NCBI RefSeq assembly: GCF_030931715.1
Contig: NZ_CP133261.1
Span: 1,960,643 to 2,024,642 of the forward strand
Direction of reading: 5' to 3'
DNA length: 64,000 bases
DNA from: Tissierella sp. MB52-C2
Lineage (GTDB): Bacteria > Bacillota > Clostridia > Tissierellales > Tissierellaceae
Shown here: positions 48,656 through 61,470 of the stretch, one piece after another
Numbering within the stretch: the first letter of the stretch is position 1
How the letters are laid out: every line of letters starts with the position of its first letter
Translations under genes and position numbers: made by a program
The notes under the pieces: model-generated
What the model saw: the letters and a program-made list of their open reading frames with translations, nothing else
Database searches by the model: none
Told to the model about the DNA's origin: nothing

Positions 48656-51067
48656 CTATTTTACAACTATGTTATATATTTTTCCTGGAACAAATATTTC
48701 CTTTACTATATTCTTTCCTTCTAGGAATCTATTAATATTTTCATCAGCCTTTGCTTTTTCTCTTGCTATATCTTGAGATTCGTCAACACTAATTTGTATT
48801 GTACCTCTTACTTTGCCATTTACTTGAACTGGTAGGTCTATTACTTTATCTTTAGTTTTTTCCTCATTAAATTTTGGCCAAACAGTTTCATGTAGATAGC
48901 CTTCTAATTCTAATATTTCCCACATCTCTTCAGTTATATGAGGAGCTACTGGATTTAGTAGTATTATAAATGTTCTCAAATCCTCTTTTGTTATACTACC
49001 ATGGTCATTAAATTCATTTAATAGAGCCATTAAAGCTGCAATCCCTGTATTAAACTTTAATGTTTCAAAATCTGCCGATACTTTTTTAATAGTTTTGTGA
49101 ATACTACTTTCTAGTTCCTTAGTATAGCCTTCACCATCTACTAAAATCTCTTGAAGTTTCCATACTCTTTCAAGGAATCTTCTACAGCCTTTTACTCCAT
49201 TTTCTGACCAAGGTACGCTCTTTTCAAAATCCCCAATAAACATTTCATAAGTTCTAAGAGTATCTGCACCATAGTCTCTTACTATATCATCAGGATTTAT
49301 TACATTTCCTCTAGATTTTGACATTTTTTCATTATTGTCTCCTAGAATCATGCCATGGGAAGTTCTCTTTGCATATGGCTCTGGCGTAGGTACTACTCCA
49401 ATATCATATAAGAATTTATGCCAGAATCTTGAATATAGTAGGTGAAGGGTTGTATGTTCCATTCCACCATTATACCAATCTACTGGTAACCAATAATTTA
49501 AAGCTTCTTGAGAAGCAAATTCTTCTTCATTACATGGATCGATATATCTTAGGAAATACCAAGAAGACCCTGCCCATTGAGGCATCGTATCAGTTTCTCT
49601 ATGAGCTTTTCCACCACATTTTGGACAAGTAGTTTCTACCCAATCTGTAATATTTGCAAGAGGTGATTCCCCATTATCTGTCGGCTCATAGTTTTCTACA
49701 TCTGGTAACATAACTGGTAATTCCTTCTCTGGAACAGGTACCCAGCCACATTCATCACAGTGTACTAGAGGAATTGGCTCTCCCCAATATCTTTGTCTAG
49801 AGAATACCCAGTCTCTTAATTTAAAGTTTACTTTTCTAACACCTAGATTTTTTTCTTCCAACCATTTAATCATATATTCTTTAGCTTCTTTTACTTCCAT
49901 TTCATTGATGAAATCAGAATTTATAACTATACCTTTTTCAGTATCTGTAAAGGCTTCCTTTTCTATATCTCCACCTTTTATTACTTCAATTATAGGAAGG
50001 TTAAATTTCTGAGCAAATTCCCAGTCACGAGTATCATGTCCTGGTACTGCCATTATTGCACCTGTACCATAGCTCATTAAAACATAGTCAGAAATCCAAA
50101 TAGGAATTTCTCCGCCAGTAGCAGGATTAATTGCTGTTAACCCTTTTATTTCTATACCTGTTTTATCCTTAGATAATTCTGTTCTTTCAAAATCAGATTT
50201 TTTACCTACTTCATTTTGGTATTCATGGATTTCATCTAAGTTTGTTATTTCTTCCTTATATTTTTCTATTAAAGGATGTTCCGCTGCAATAACCATATAT
50301 GTTGAGCCAAATAATGTATCTGGTCTTGTAGTAAATACTCTTAGCTTATCTTCTTTTCCTGCAATTTGAAAATCTACCTCTGCTCCTTCAGATTTACCAA
50401 TCCAGTTAGTTTGCTGAGCCTTTACTCTTTCAATATAATCTACCTTATCTAAATCACTAATTAGTCTATCTGCATATTCTGTTATTTTTAGCATCCATTG
50501 GTTTTTAACTTTTCTAACTACTTCTCCGCTACATCTTTCGCAGGTTCCTTGAATAACTTCTTCGTTTGCTAAGCCTACTTTACAAGATGGACACCAGTTA
50601 ATAGGCATTTCTTGTTTATATGCCAATCCTTTTTCATATAGTTTTAGGAATATCCATTGAGTCCATTTATAATAATGTGGATCTGTAGTATTTATTTCCC
50701 TTGACCAATCAAAGGAAAATCCTATGGATTTTAACTGTGATTTAAATTTTGCTACGTTTCTTTCTGTAACTGTTTCTGGATGGATTTTATGTTTAATTGC
50801 ATAGTTCTCCGTTGGTAATCCAAAGGCATCCCATCCCATTGGATATAATACATTATATCCTTCAAGTCTTCTCTTTCTAGACACAATGTCTAATGCAGTA
50901 TATGGTCTTGGATGACCTACATGCAGTCCTTCTCCTGATGGATAAGGAAATTCTACTAAAGCATAAAACTTCGGCTTATTACTTTCATTAGATGCCTTAA
51001 AGGGCTGTCTTTCATCCCAAATATCATGCCACTTTTTTTCAATTTCATTTGGTCTATACTCTCTCAT
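48656..51067 (-). CDS. leuS: Leucyl-tRNA synthetase.
   Basis: HIGH region ([17 protein letters not shown]), KMSKS, the CP1 editing domain, and a length of 803 aa. Confidence 0.95.
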   Translation of the reverse strand: MREYRPNEIEKKWHDIWDERQPFKASNESNKPKFYALVEFPYPSGEGLHVGHPRPYTALDIVSRKRRLEGYNVLYPMGWDAFGLPTENYAIKHKIHPETVTERNVAKFKSQLKSIGFSFDWSREINTTDPHYYKWTQWIFLKLYEKGLAYKQEMPINWCPSCKVGLANEEVIQGTCERCSGEVVRKVKNQWMLKITEYADRLISDLDKVDYIERVKAQQTNWIGKSEGAEVDFQIAGKEDKLRVFTTRPDTLFGSTYMVIAAEHPLIEKYKEEITNLDEIHEYQNEVGKKSDFERTELSKDKTGIEIKGLTAINPATGGEIPIWISDYVLMSYGTGAIMAVPGHDTRDWEFAQKFNLPIIEVIKGGDIEKEAFTDTEKGIVINSDFINEMEVKEAKEYMIKWLEEKNLGVRKVNFKLRDWVFSRQRYWGEPIPLVHCDECGWVPVPEKELPVMLPDVENYEPTDNGESPLANITDWVETTCPKCGGKAHRETDTMPQWAGSSWYFLRYIDPCNEEEFASQEALNYWLPVDWYNGGMEHTTLHLLYSRFWHKFLYDIGVVPTPEPYAKRTSHGMILGDNNEKMSKSRGNVINPDDIVRDYGADTLRTYEMFIGDFEKSVPWSENGVKGCRRFLERVWKLQEILVDGEGYTKELESSIHKTIKKVSADFETLKFNTGIAALMALLNEFNDHGSITKEDLRTFIILLNPVAPHITEEMWEILELEGYLHETVWPKFNEEKTKDKVIDLPVQVNGKVRGTIQISVDESQDIAREKAKADENINRFLEGKNIVKEIFVPGKIYNIVVK

Positions 51068-51273
51068 TTATTTTCCTCCTCTTATTTAATTGACAATTAA
51101 TTTTTTTAGTTGGTTATTGCTGCGTTTGATGTACATCATCTCACTGGCTTAGGTTCTGTGACGTAGTCTCGAAACTCAAATCTATTTACTCGTTACACTC
51201 ATATAGATTTGGTTCTCGTTACGTTTGACCTACCATCAATTTGTTCGCTTTGCTCACAAACTGGGTTAGGTCA

Positions 51274-51500
51274 TAAAAAAACCTTCCATCTCTAAATAGA
51301 GACGAAAGGTAAATTCCGCGGTACCACTCTTATTGATATTTCTATCCACTCAAAATATAACGGCATCAAACCGACTAAGGCTACAATTCACCTTAATAAC
51401 TCATGGACGAGTTCAGTTTTGACCAATACTATCTTTCACCAGCCGATAGTTCTCTACAATTGGTATGGAACCTACTACTTCCATTCATAGTATATATTAA
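51274..51500 (-). promoter_or_regulatory. T-box riboswitch leader for leuS.
   Basis: Minus strand contains the T-box sequence AGAGUGGUACCGCGG (plus 51316-51330). It is immediately followed by the terminator cctttcgtctc-tattta-gagatggaagg plus UUUUUUU (plus 51274-51309). An AGAGA element lies in the upstream stem-I region. I did not confidently assign the specifier codon. Confidence 0.75.
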
Positions 51501-51651
51501 TTTAAAATCTATTCTAACAAAGAAATCCAATAAAATCAAGGACATTTTTAAATATTATATTATATTATATAAAAAATACTAATAATTCTTCAATACCCTC
51601 TCATGTTAAGACAATTATACAAAAAAACTCTTCAATAATTTCATGGTAGGA

Positions 51652-52329
51652 CTAGTCCCTAGGATTTAAACTAAAATATTCTTCCAATCCCATAGATATT
51701 GAATCTACCACCTTATTTTGGTAATCATCTGTAAGTAAAAGTTGTTCTTCTTTTTCATTTGATAAAAATCCACATTCAATTATTATGGCTGGCATCTTTG
51801 TCTGGTTTAACACAATTAAATCTTCCCTTTCTACAATACCCTTATCCTTAGCCCCAGTTCCATTAATTAGTGAACCCATTATAATCCTTGCTAACTCATT
51901 ATTATTTAAATCACCAATGGTGCTTTCCCTATTTGGATAATAAAGTACCTGAATTCCGTTTATAGAATTATTGTTTTCCATTGCATTTCCATGGATGCTA
52001 ATAAAAACCCTAGCTCTCTTTTTATTTGTCAATTTAGCCCTTAAAAGATTATCTACATATTCATCACTATCTCTAGTTAAAATAACTTTATAACCATTTG
52101 ACTTTAACTTTTGTTTTAATTTTTTAGAAATATTTAGATTAATATCTTTTTCATAATTACCATTAAATCCAATAGTCCCAGGATCGCTCCCCCCATGTCC
52201 AGCATCTATTACTATGACTTTCTCTAAGGATTTAAAATTTGTATCTATAAAAGGAATCCCTTTAAAAACAATAAACATAAATAAACCTATTAAACCAATT
52301 AAAAATACTCTTCTAACTCTTCTAAACAT
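51652..52329 (-). CDS. cwlD: N-acetylmuramoyl-L-alanine amidase, CwlD-like (Amidase_3).
   Basis: N-terminal TM then VIDAGHGGSDPGTIG...E...H, the MurNAc-LAA zinc-site pattern. About 225 aa, like the germination-specific CwlD. Start placed at the RBS-supported MFRRV. Confidence 0.65.
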   Translation of the reverse strand: MFRRVRRVFLIGLIGLFMFIVFKGIPFIDTNFKSLEKVIVIDAGHGGSDPGTIGFNGNYEKDINLNISKKLKQKLKSNGYKVILTRDSDEYVDNLLRAKLTNKKRARVFISIHGNAMENNNSINGIQVLYYPNRESTIGDLNNNELARIIMGSLINGTGAKDKGIVEREDLIVLNQTKMPAIIIECGFLSNEKEEQLLLTDDYQNKVVDSISMGLEEYFSLNPRD

Positions 52330-52367
52330 CAACCGTCTCCCCCTTATGCTGATAAGTATCACATAAA

Positions 52368-54866
52368 CTAATTTCCTATAATCTCTTTCTTATACTTATT
52401 GTACATCTTTGATATAGAAACATAAATTATAAGAATATAGCCTAAAATAACTAGAATAAATAGATAGTTTAAATTTAATAAAAAATCTATTGGTCTAAAT
52501 ATGGTAAATAGCTTAGATCCTATATAAGTAACAGCTAATACTATAAAAGGCATTAAGTAAATAAAGCTAAATAAAATTTTCCTTTTCTCTTGTTCAAGTA
52601 TACTTTCTAATAATTTTTTGTCCATTCCTATGGATTTATATAATAAAAATTGATCTTTTCTTTCTAGAAATAGATTATAGAATGAAAAATAGGAATTTGA
52701 AAATCCTACTACTATAAAAAACAGACTCAAGAATATTGCCAATATACTTCCTATTATATTTCTCTTTTTAACTAATTTTTCTTCATCTAATTTAGATTCT
52801 AGAAAATAATCATCTGTCTTGAAATATTTTAAGGACATATTACTAATGCTCTCTTGAACTTCCTCTATATTGTCAGTCTTAATTGAAATATATTCATATT
52901 GATCTAAATCTGCGATTCTTAAGAAATTCGTAAAAAGTTCTATATATTGAGATTTGGGCATATAAACATTTAGACCATTTTTTATAATAGAATAATCAAA
53001 TAATGGAGTGTCTATTTTGTCCTCTACATTTAAAGTAAATTCATGCCCCCTAATACTAGTTCCATTAATCTCTATAGGACCTCCATATTCTGAGAGAGAT
53101 AGTTCCTTTATACCATCTTTTAGAAACTTTATATTTTTCATCTCTGATACTGGAATATTAAAATCATCTCCCATAGTATTTAAAAGAATTACTTTATTTC
53201 CAATATAATTATCTGGCTCTAATCCTTTTTCTAAGGCTAATTTTTTAAATTTTTCATCCTCTATACCAAATATCTCTATCCTCATATTATCAAAAGAACC
53301 TATCTCTTCTTCTAAACTACTTAAACTACCTATATCTTTATATTCATTGGAAACCATACTAGAATCAAAATTAAAAGATACAGCTTCTTTTCTAAAATTT
53401 ACTAAATCCTCTATTCCTAACTCTTTAATTTCTTTTATAATATCTTCATTTAATGGATTTAAAGTTGCATACTCACCTTGGATATCATAAGTCTCGTATT
53501 TACTTATTCGATTATATTTTTTGTCCATAGAATAATAGGTAATCCCGATCATTATAAATACTATCAATAAAAACCCTAATTTTAGAGTTATGTTTGTAAA
53601 TCTAAAAGCATATTTACTATTTTTATAGAATTGTTTTGAAAGGTCTTTTTCTATGTTTTCTGTATACTTTAAATCGTGTTTTTTATGACTTTTTCCTTTA
53701 ATATTTCCCTTTAATCCATCTAATACGGAGCTTTTCTTAAGTTTTTTAGTTGGCCTTTTAGTTCCTAAGTATATTATTAAAAAGCTTAGAATATACACGA
53801 ATAAAATAAGCCTAAAATCTAATTTTAAATCCAAATACATATATATTGAATATATATCTTTTCCACCTGAAAAATATTTGTCAACTTTATTTATAATTAG
53901 AAATAATATTTTCACAAGTACAAGGGAAAAAAGTATTCCGAGTGTTATTGGAATCTGGGATATATACATTGCCTTTAATTTTATTATTTTACTTATATCC
54001 TTATTTGTAGCTCCAATAGTCTTAAGTCTTGAATATTCTTCAATGGATTTTGATTCTTGAACTAGAAATAAATTTACAATTATTGAATAAAAAAGGATTA
54101 TTGCTATTATGAATAAAATCACTATTAGAACGTGACTGATATAATCCTTTAACAAGCTTTTTTCTGGATCAATGACAAAGGATCTATTTAAATATAAATC
54201 GTTATAACCATAAGTAACTTCCTGAGTCTCCAAGTTATTCATAATTTCTTCACTTAAACTATAGGTTTTATATATATTCTTATACCATATAAAAGGCGAT
54301 AATTCTTCTTTACTATTTATAAGTGCTTCTTGATTGATATTTAAATATATATTATAGAAGTTTTGATACTCATGGGTTGTATCATAGTATATGCCTGATA
54401 TATGGTATATTTTATCTTCAATTTCTATATTATCCCCTAAACCTTTATCTATTTCCTTAGCCATATCGTCACTTATCATTGCCTGACCTTCTTTAGGAAG
54501 CTTTCCTTCCTTTAAGGCCGACTGCTTTGTAGACATTGCATTATCATCCATTTTAAAGAGTCTAGTTTTTTCTTTAGAACCAAAACCTTCTTCAAGCTCT
54601 TTTGTATTAAAAAAACCAATTTTCTTTATATGCCTATTTGAAACTAAATTATTTGCATCTTTACTTGAGATTGTACTTATAATTCTAAATTGCGATCCTC
54701 CCATATTATCATTTGGCATATCAATATAAGATTTAAAAAAGGATGATACACTAAATATAAAGGTAGATAAGATTAATACAGCTAGGAATATGGTAATTCT
54801 TGTTGAATTATAACTTTCCCTATTATTTTTAATATCTCCTTTGATATATGTTTTAAAAATATTCAT
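52368..54866 (-). CDS. ABC transporter permease, FtsX-like (MacB/BceB-type, extended 832 aa).
   Basis: Multiple TM clusters separated by large extracytoplasmic domains. It is coupled by a 4-nt overlap to the ATPase gene. Confidence 0.7.
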   Translation of the reverse strand: MNIFKTYIKGDIKNNRESYNSTRITIFLAVLILSTFIFSVSSFFKSYIDMPNDNMGGSQFRIISTISSKDANNLVSNRHIKKIGFFNTKELEEGFGSKEKTRLFKMDDNAMSTKQSALKEGKLPKEGQAMISDDMAKEIDKGLGDNIEIEDKIYHISGIYYDTTHEYQNFYNIYLNINQEALINSKEELSPFIWYKNIYKTYSLSEEIMNNLETQEVTYGYNDLYLNRSFVIDPEKSLLKDYISHVLIVILFIIAIILFYSIIVNLFLVQESKSIEEYSRLKTIGATNKDISKIIKLKAMYISQIPITLGILFSLVLVKILFLIINKVDKYFSGGKDIYSIYMYLDLKLDFRLILFVYILSFLIIYLGTKRPTKKLKKSSVLDGLKGNIKGKSHKKHDLKYTENIEKDLSKQFYKNSKYAFRFTNITLKLGFLLIVFIMIGITYYSMDKKYNRISKYETYDIQGEYATLNPLNEDIIKEIKELGIEDLVNFRKEAVSFNFDSSMVSNEYKDIGSLSSLEEEIGSFDNMRIEIFGIEDEKFKKLALEKGLEPDNYIGNKVILLNTMGDDFNIPVSEMKNIKFLKDGIKELSLSEYGGPIEINGTSIRGHEFTLNVEDKIDTPLFDYSIIKNGLNVYMPKSQYIELFTNFLRIADLDQYEYISIKTDNIEEVQESISNMSLKYFKTDDYFLESKLDEEKLVKKRNIIGSILAIFLSLFFIVVGFSNSYFSFYNLFLERKDQFLLYKSIGMDKKLLESILEQEKRKILFSFIYLMPFIVLAVTYIGSKLFTIFRPIDFLLNLNYLFILVILGYILIIYVSISKMYNKYKKEIIGN

Positions 54867-55549
54867 CTTATCACCTCGTCACTTGCTACAAGGCCATCTT
54901 CCATTCTGATTATTCTATCCGCTGACAATGCCACTTCTTCATCATGGGTTACTATTATCATTGTTTGCTTATATTTTAAATTTGATAATCTAAAAAGTTC
55001 TATTATATCTTTAGAATTTTTCTTGTCTAGATTTCCCGTTGGCTCATCTGCCAAAACTATAGTTGGTTTATATATCAAACTTCTAGCTATGGCAACTCTC
55101 TGTTGCTGACCACCTGATAACTTATCTGGAAAAACCTTTAATTTATCTTCAATACCCAAACTATCTATTAATCCTTTAAAATAGTTAGTTTCCACTTCTT
55201 TGTTATCCATTAAAACAGGTAATTTAATATTGTTCTCTACTGAGAGATTAGGAATTAAATTGAAAAACTGATATATAATTCCTATCTGTCTTCTTCTATA
55301 AAGAGCTAAACTATTTTCACTAAGTTTAGATATACTGCTGTCTTCCACTACTACCTCCCCGCTTGTTGGCTTATCTATACCTGATATTAGATTTAAAAGA
55401 GTGGATTTACCACATCCACTTGGCCCCATTATGGCAATCATTTGACCTCTTTCTACTGATAAGTTAATATTTTTTAAAGCTTCCACTGTTGTTTTTCCTT
55501 TGCCATAGGTCTTTTTTAGATTTTCAATTTTTAATATTTCCATTTTCAT
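54863..55549 (-). CDS. ABC transporter ATP-binding protein (MacB/BceA-like).
   Basis: Walker A GPSGCGKST, signature LSGGQQQRVAIARSL, Walker B IVLADEPTGNLD. Confidence 0.9.
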   Translation of the reverse strand: MKMEILKIENLKKTYGKGKTTVEALKNINLSVERGQMIAIMGPSGCGKSTLLNLISGIDKPTSGEVVVEDSSISKLSENSLALYRRRQIGIIYQFFNLIPNLSVENNIKLPVLMDNKEVETNYFKGLIDSLGIEDKLKVFPDKLSGGQQQRVAIARSLIYKPTIVLADEPTGNLDKKNSKDIIELFRLSNLKYKQTMIIVTHDEEVALSADRIIRMEDGLVASDEVIR

Positions 55550-55587
55550 ACCTCCTATAGCTAAATGATATAATATGTAAGTGACAT

Positions 55588-56634
55588 CTAGGTGACATCA
55601 TAAAATTTAATTTGAAATGTAAGTCCATTATCATTATAGGCCTTTATTTCTCCATTGTGGTTTTCTATTATTGACTTTGAAAGATTTAATCCTATTCCAT
55701 ATCCTGGTATAGATGTACTTCCCCTATAAAATCTATCAAAAATCCTTTTTAAAACCTCTTCTTCTAGTCCCTTTCCGTTATCCTTTATCTTTATTTCTTT
55801 ATATATAGGATTAGATATAAACTCTATTTGCATCTTATCCAAGGTATGTTCTAAAGAATTTTTTATTATATTCAAAAATCCTTCATAAAGCCAAACTTCA
55901 TCTCCAAAAACTATAAAATCTTCTCCAATATACTCTACTTTAACATTTTTGTCTCTATTTAAACTATTTATTATATCATCTATTATTTCCTTTACGGAAA
56001 GCTCTTCATATTTATAATCAATAGTATTGGAATTTACTTTAGATAGCTTTAAAAGTACCTCTGTAAAGTTTTTAAGTTTATCTAGTTCCAAAGACAGCTT
56101 TTCTAAGTATATATCTGTATTCCCTTTATCTGTTTTAATGAGCTCCGTCATGAATCCTATTGAGGTTATAGGGGTTTTAAGTTGGTGGGCTATGTTGGAT
56201 AAGTCTTTCTTTAAATTGGATTTTTGCCTTTTAGATTCTGCTTCTAAGGATTTTAAATTTACTATAATCTTATATAATTCATCCCGCAAAATGCTGTATT
56301 CATCATCTTCTTTTATCTCTATGGAATAGTCACCTTTGTTTATACTTATTAAATCTTCTTGTAATTCCTTAATTTTAAGCTTGAGCTTTCTATCTTTTTT
56401 TGTATTAAATAATATATATATTCCATATATAATTATAGAAATAATAAAAGCAATGAAAATTCCGTATATCCTATTTGGAAATATGCTTTTATTATAATAT
56501 CCTAAGGATTTTAATATAGTTTCACTATTAAATCCCTTAATATCTAGGATATTTGAGACTGTACTATAAAAATATTTGTCCATTCCCCTTATTAAAAAAT
56601 TAATAATCAAAAATACTATTATAAAAAAGTACAT
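55588..56634 (-). CDS. Sensor histidine kinase (BceS-like intramembrane-sensing).
   Basis: Two TM helices with a short loop, an H-box IAHQLKTPITSI and an HATPase C-terminus. Confidence 0.85.
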   Translation of the reverse strand: MYFFIIVFLIINFLIRGMDKYFYSTVSNILDIKGFNSETILKSLGYYNKSIFPNRIYGIFIAFIISIIIYGIYILFNTKKDRKLKLKIKELQEDLISINKGDYSIEIKEDDEYSILRDELYKIIVNLKSLEAESKRQKSNLKKDLSNIAHQLKTPITSIGFMTELIKTDKGNTDIYLEKLSLELDKLKNFTEVLLKLSKVNSNTIDYKYEELSVKEIIDDIINSLNRDKNVKVEYIGEDFIVFGDEVWLYEGFLNIIKNSLEHTLDKMQIEFISNPIYKEIKIKDNGKGLEEEVLKRIFDRFYRGSTSIPGYGIGLNLSKSIIENHNGEIKAYNDNGLTFQIKFYDVT

Positions 56635-56635
56635 A

Positions 56636-57289
56636 TTAATCCCTCACAAATCTATAGCCAATTCCTCTTACAGTTTCTATCACATAGCTATAATCCTTTA
56701 ATTTTTTCCTTAATCTTTTTACTGTTGCTGAAAGTGTATTATCTTCTACAAAATCTCCATCTATGTCCCAAACTATTCCTAGAATTTTTTCTCTACTTAA
56801 AGTATTTCCTCTGTTTTCTAAAAGAAGCTTTAATACTTCATATTCCTTTAAAGCTAAATTTATATTTTCTCCATCTAAATAGCAGATATAATTTTTCTGA
56901 TCTAATACTAAACCTTTATAGTTTAGTTTTTCTTCTACTCCGTCTACTCGTCTTAAAATACTTTCTATTTTCGCTATCAATATTGGAAGTTTGAAAGGCT
57001 TTGTAATATATCCATCAGAGATATTAAGTCCCTTAACTATATCTTCCTCTGAATCATTAACTGTTAAAAATATAAATGGTATAGATTCTATATTAAATAT
57101 CTTTAAAAAATCAAACCCCGTTCCATCCGGTAAATTTATATCTAAAAGAATTAAATCAAAATTATAGTCAAATACTTTCTTTGATTCATCAATTGACTTA
57201 GCAACCTTTACTATATAGTTGTTATTTTCCAAATAGGTTTTAATCCCAAAACAAACAGTTTCATCATCTTCAAGTAAAAAAATCTTCAT
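56636..57289 (-). CDS. OmpR-family response regulator.
   Basis: MKIFLLEDDETV... receiver plus winged helix. Start set at the GGTGGGA-supported Met; the track ORF extends to 57355. Confidence 0.88.
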   Translation of the reverse strand: MKIFLLEDDETVCFGIKTYLENNNYIVKVAKSIDESKKVFDYNFDLILLDINLPDGTGFDFLKIFNIESIPFIFLTVNDSEEDIVKGLNISDGYITKPFKLPILIAKIESILRRVDGVEEKLNYKGLVLDQKNYICYLDGENINLALKEYEVLKLLLENRGNTLSREKILGIVWDIDGDFVEDNTLSATVKRLRKKLKDYSYVIETVRGIGYRFVRD

Positions 57290-57677
57290 TAAATCCCACC
57301 TTGTTTTATATAATAAATTTAAAAAAGTAAACTTCATCCTATGTAACCACCACATTTACTATGTAGCGTTCGAGTAGTATTGAACTTTCACCACCAAGTT
57401 GTTTCCCATAATGGGAACACAATAGAAAGACTGAGGGCAGTAAATCACCCGCAGTCTTTAATCGATTCTTTTTTTCAAGAAACGTCTTTACTAGTGAGCA
57501 TTAAGTAATTCAGGGTTTATTTGATAGGCCTTGTCTTTCCGAATAAATATTACAACAATTATAACATATCTTTCCTGACATAACTATAAAGAAAGATTCC
57601 ATTTTTTTCTGGTTGCAAAAGAAAAGTTTACATCTTAAGCTCAAGAGATATTTTCCTTATGTTTTCCCAAATAAAAA

Positions 57678-57716
57678 AGCCTTTATGACTTTAATATGGT
57701 CACAAAGGCTTTAAGG
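57678..57716 (-). terminator. Terminator downstream of glpK.
   Basis: aaagcctttgtgac...gtcataaaggcttt hairpin followed by a minus-strand U-run. Confidence 0.6.
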
Positions 57717-57745
57717 TGCTATAATTTTAAAATATTATAATTATA

Positions 57746-59257
<1,512 letters not shown>

Positions 59258-59382
59258 TTATATCTTTTATTGTAATTATATCATATTGCCCTATTGTTCT
59301 TCTATTTTTAATTAGATATAATTAGTTGAGGTGATCAAATTGGGATTAAGTATAGAAACCTTTATTAAGGGAAAAGATGGAA

Positions 59383-60261
59383 TGGATATATTTTTAAGGA
59401 TTTGGGATGATGTTTTAAATCCAAAGGGAGTAGTACAAATCTTCCATGGAATGGCTGAACATACAGCTAGATATGATGATTTCGCAAGATTTTTAAATGA
59501 AAAAGGATATATAGTTTATGCCGATGATCATAGGGGACATGGTTATTCTGTAGATAAAAATAATATCTTAGGATATGTTGGAGAAAATGGTTTTTATAAT
59601 ATTGTTGAAGATGAAAAAATAATATCTAAGCTAATTAAGGAAAAGCATAAAGACCTTCCCTTGTATATATTTGCTCATAGCTTTGGATCCTTTATTGGTC
59701 AAGAATATATAATCAGGTATTCAAAAGATATTAATGGTATAATCTTATCAGGCTCTGCAAAACAAAATGGTTTAGATGTTAAGGCAGGTAATATACTGTC
59801 AAATATACAGAATAAGTTCCTTGATAATACTTTAGAAGCAAAACTAATTGATAAATTATCCTTTGGTTCTTTTAATAATAAGGTTGAAAATAAAAGAACT
59901 AAATTTGATTGGCTAAGTAGAGATGATAAAGAAGTAGATAAATATATAAAAGACCAACTCTGTGGATATATATCTCCAATAAATTTTTATTATAATCTAT
60001 TTGAAGGTTTTAAAGGATTATATAAAAGAGAACGATTAAATAATATAGTAAAAACTTTACCTATACTAGTCTTATCAGGTGATATGGACCCTGTAGGTAA
60101 ATATGGTAAATCTGTAAAGAGATTATATAATCAATACAATGATTTAGATATTCAAGATATTTCTCTGAAATTATACTCTAGCGGAAGACATGAACTTTTA
60201 AATGAAGAAAATAAAGAGGAAGTTTATGATTATATATATAGCTGGTTAAAAGGAAGGTAAT
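59383..60261 (+). CDS. Alpha/beta hydrolase (lysophospholipase/monoglyceride lipase-like).
   Basis: GxSxG nucleophile elbow (AHSFGS) and the HGMAEH oxyanion region. An RBS-supported ATG at 59383 is in frame with the track ORF. The track gives 59331-60260; my reading of the frame is shifted by +1. Confidence 0.7.
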
Positions 60262-60382
60262 AATAATATAATTGGAATTTCTTCATATACTTATAAAAAA
60301 ACCTCTGTAAATATTATTATCTACAGAGGTTTTTATAAATATTGTTATATTTACATATCTCTAAGCTATTATTGTCTCTATT

Positions 60383-61279
60383 TTACTCAAAAAATCCCAA
60401 AATAAATACTCCTATGGTTATCATTATAATAGTAAAATATTGATTTTTATTCAATTTTTCTTTCAGCCATATCCTTCCAAAGATTACAGCTACAATACCA
60501 TCTATAGACATTAATGGTGCTGCAACTACTGAGTTTCCAGTTAATGCATAAACATAGAAAAATTGTCCTGCTGTTTCACAAATTCCACCTATTATATTGA
60601 ATTTCTCATCTTTAATATTATATCTTTCCTTCTTAATAACAACTAGATAAAATAAAGATATTAAAGCTATTGTAAAAAAAGTAAGCTCAAATGAAATCAA
60701 TGCTTCTTCAGGTGTAAGGATATTGCTTAAATATACATCATCTAAAAATGTTGCAAAGGCATCAACTACAGCATAGATTATAGGAAATATAAGGGCTACT
60801 GCTCCAAGATTAAGTTTTTTTTCTTCTATACTTAAAGATTTTTTTCTAGTTTCTTGACTTTCCAATATTGCCAATAAAACAAGACCAATTGTTATAAGAC
60901 TTACTGCTAAAAATTGAATACCTGTCATTGTTTTACCTAGTACCATAAAAGACAATATACCAGCCATTGCTCCTGAGGTACTAGCTACAGGTGAACCTAC
61001 TGAAATTTGGAGGTATCTATATCCATAAAAATCCACCGCCATAGATAATATATATAAAAAAGATACTGGAAAATATATAAAATTAGTCTTTATACTATAA
61101 TTAAAGTCTAATTTATATAGTTCTACTAAAGCTTGTAGTCCCATAATAAAACCAATCATAATTAAAATCCTTAAATGACTATATTTGTCTTTAGGATCAG
61201 TTCCTCTCTTAAAAGATACATCTGATAATCCCCAAAATAATGTTGCTAATAATGCTAAACTAAACCAAGTTAATTCCAT
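60383..61279 (-). CDS. DMT/EamA-like membrane transporter (10 TM).
   Basis: Hydropathy and duplicated 5-TM halves. Confidence 0.5.
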   Translation of the reverse strand: MELTWFSLALLATLFWGLSDVSFKRGTDPKDKYSHLRILIMIGFIMGLQALVELYKLDFNYSIKTNFIYFPVSFLYILSMAVDFYGYRYLQISVGSPVASTSGAMAGILSFMVLGKTMTGIQFLAVSLITIGLVLLAILESQETRKKSLSIEEKKLNLGAVALIFPIIYAVVDAFATFLDDVYLSNILTPEEALISFELTFFTIALISLFYLVVIKKERYNIKDEKFNIIGGICETAGQFFYVYALTGNSVVAAPLMSIDGIVAVIFGRIWLKEKLNKNQYFTIIMITIGVFILGFFE

Positions 61280-61470
61280 GTGTTTTCTCCTTTGTTTTAT
61301 AATATGAATAATTATTATAGCATAGTCTACTATTCCTTTAAAGAAGATTATAACTATAAAAGCAATAAAAAAAGCTAATTACTTAGCTTCAAATACTCCT
61401 ATAATAAGTATTACTTATGTCTTTAACTATGATTTATCATAAACATTTTACCATATAATATTTATCCAAT

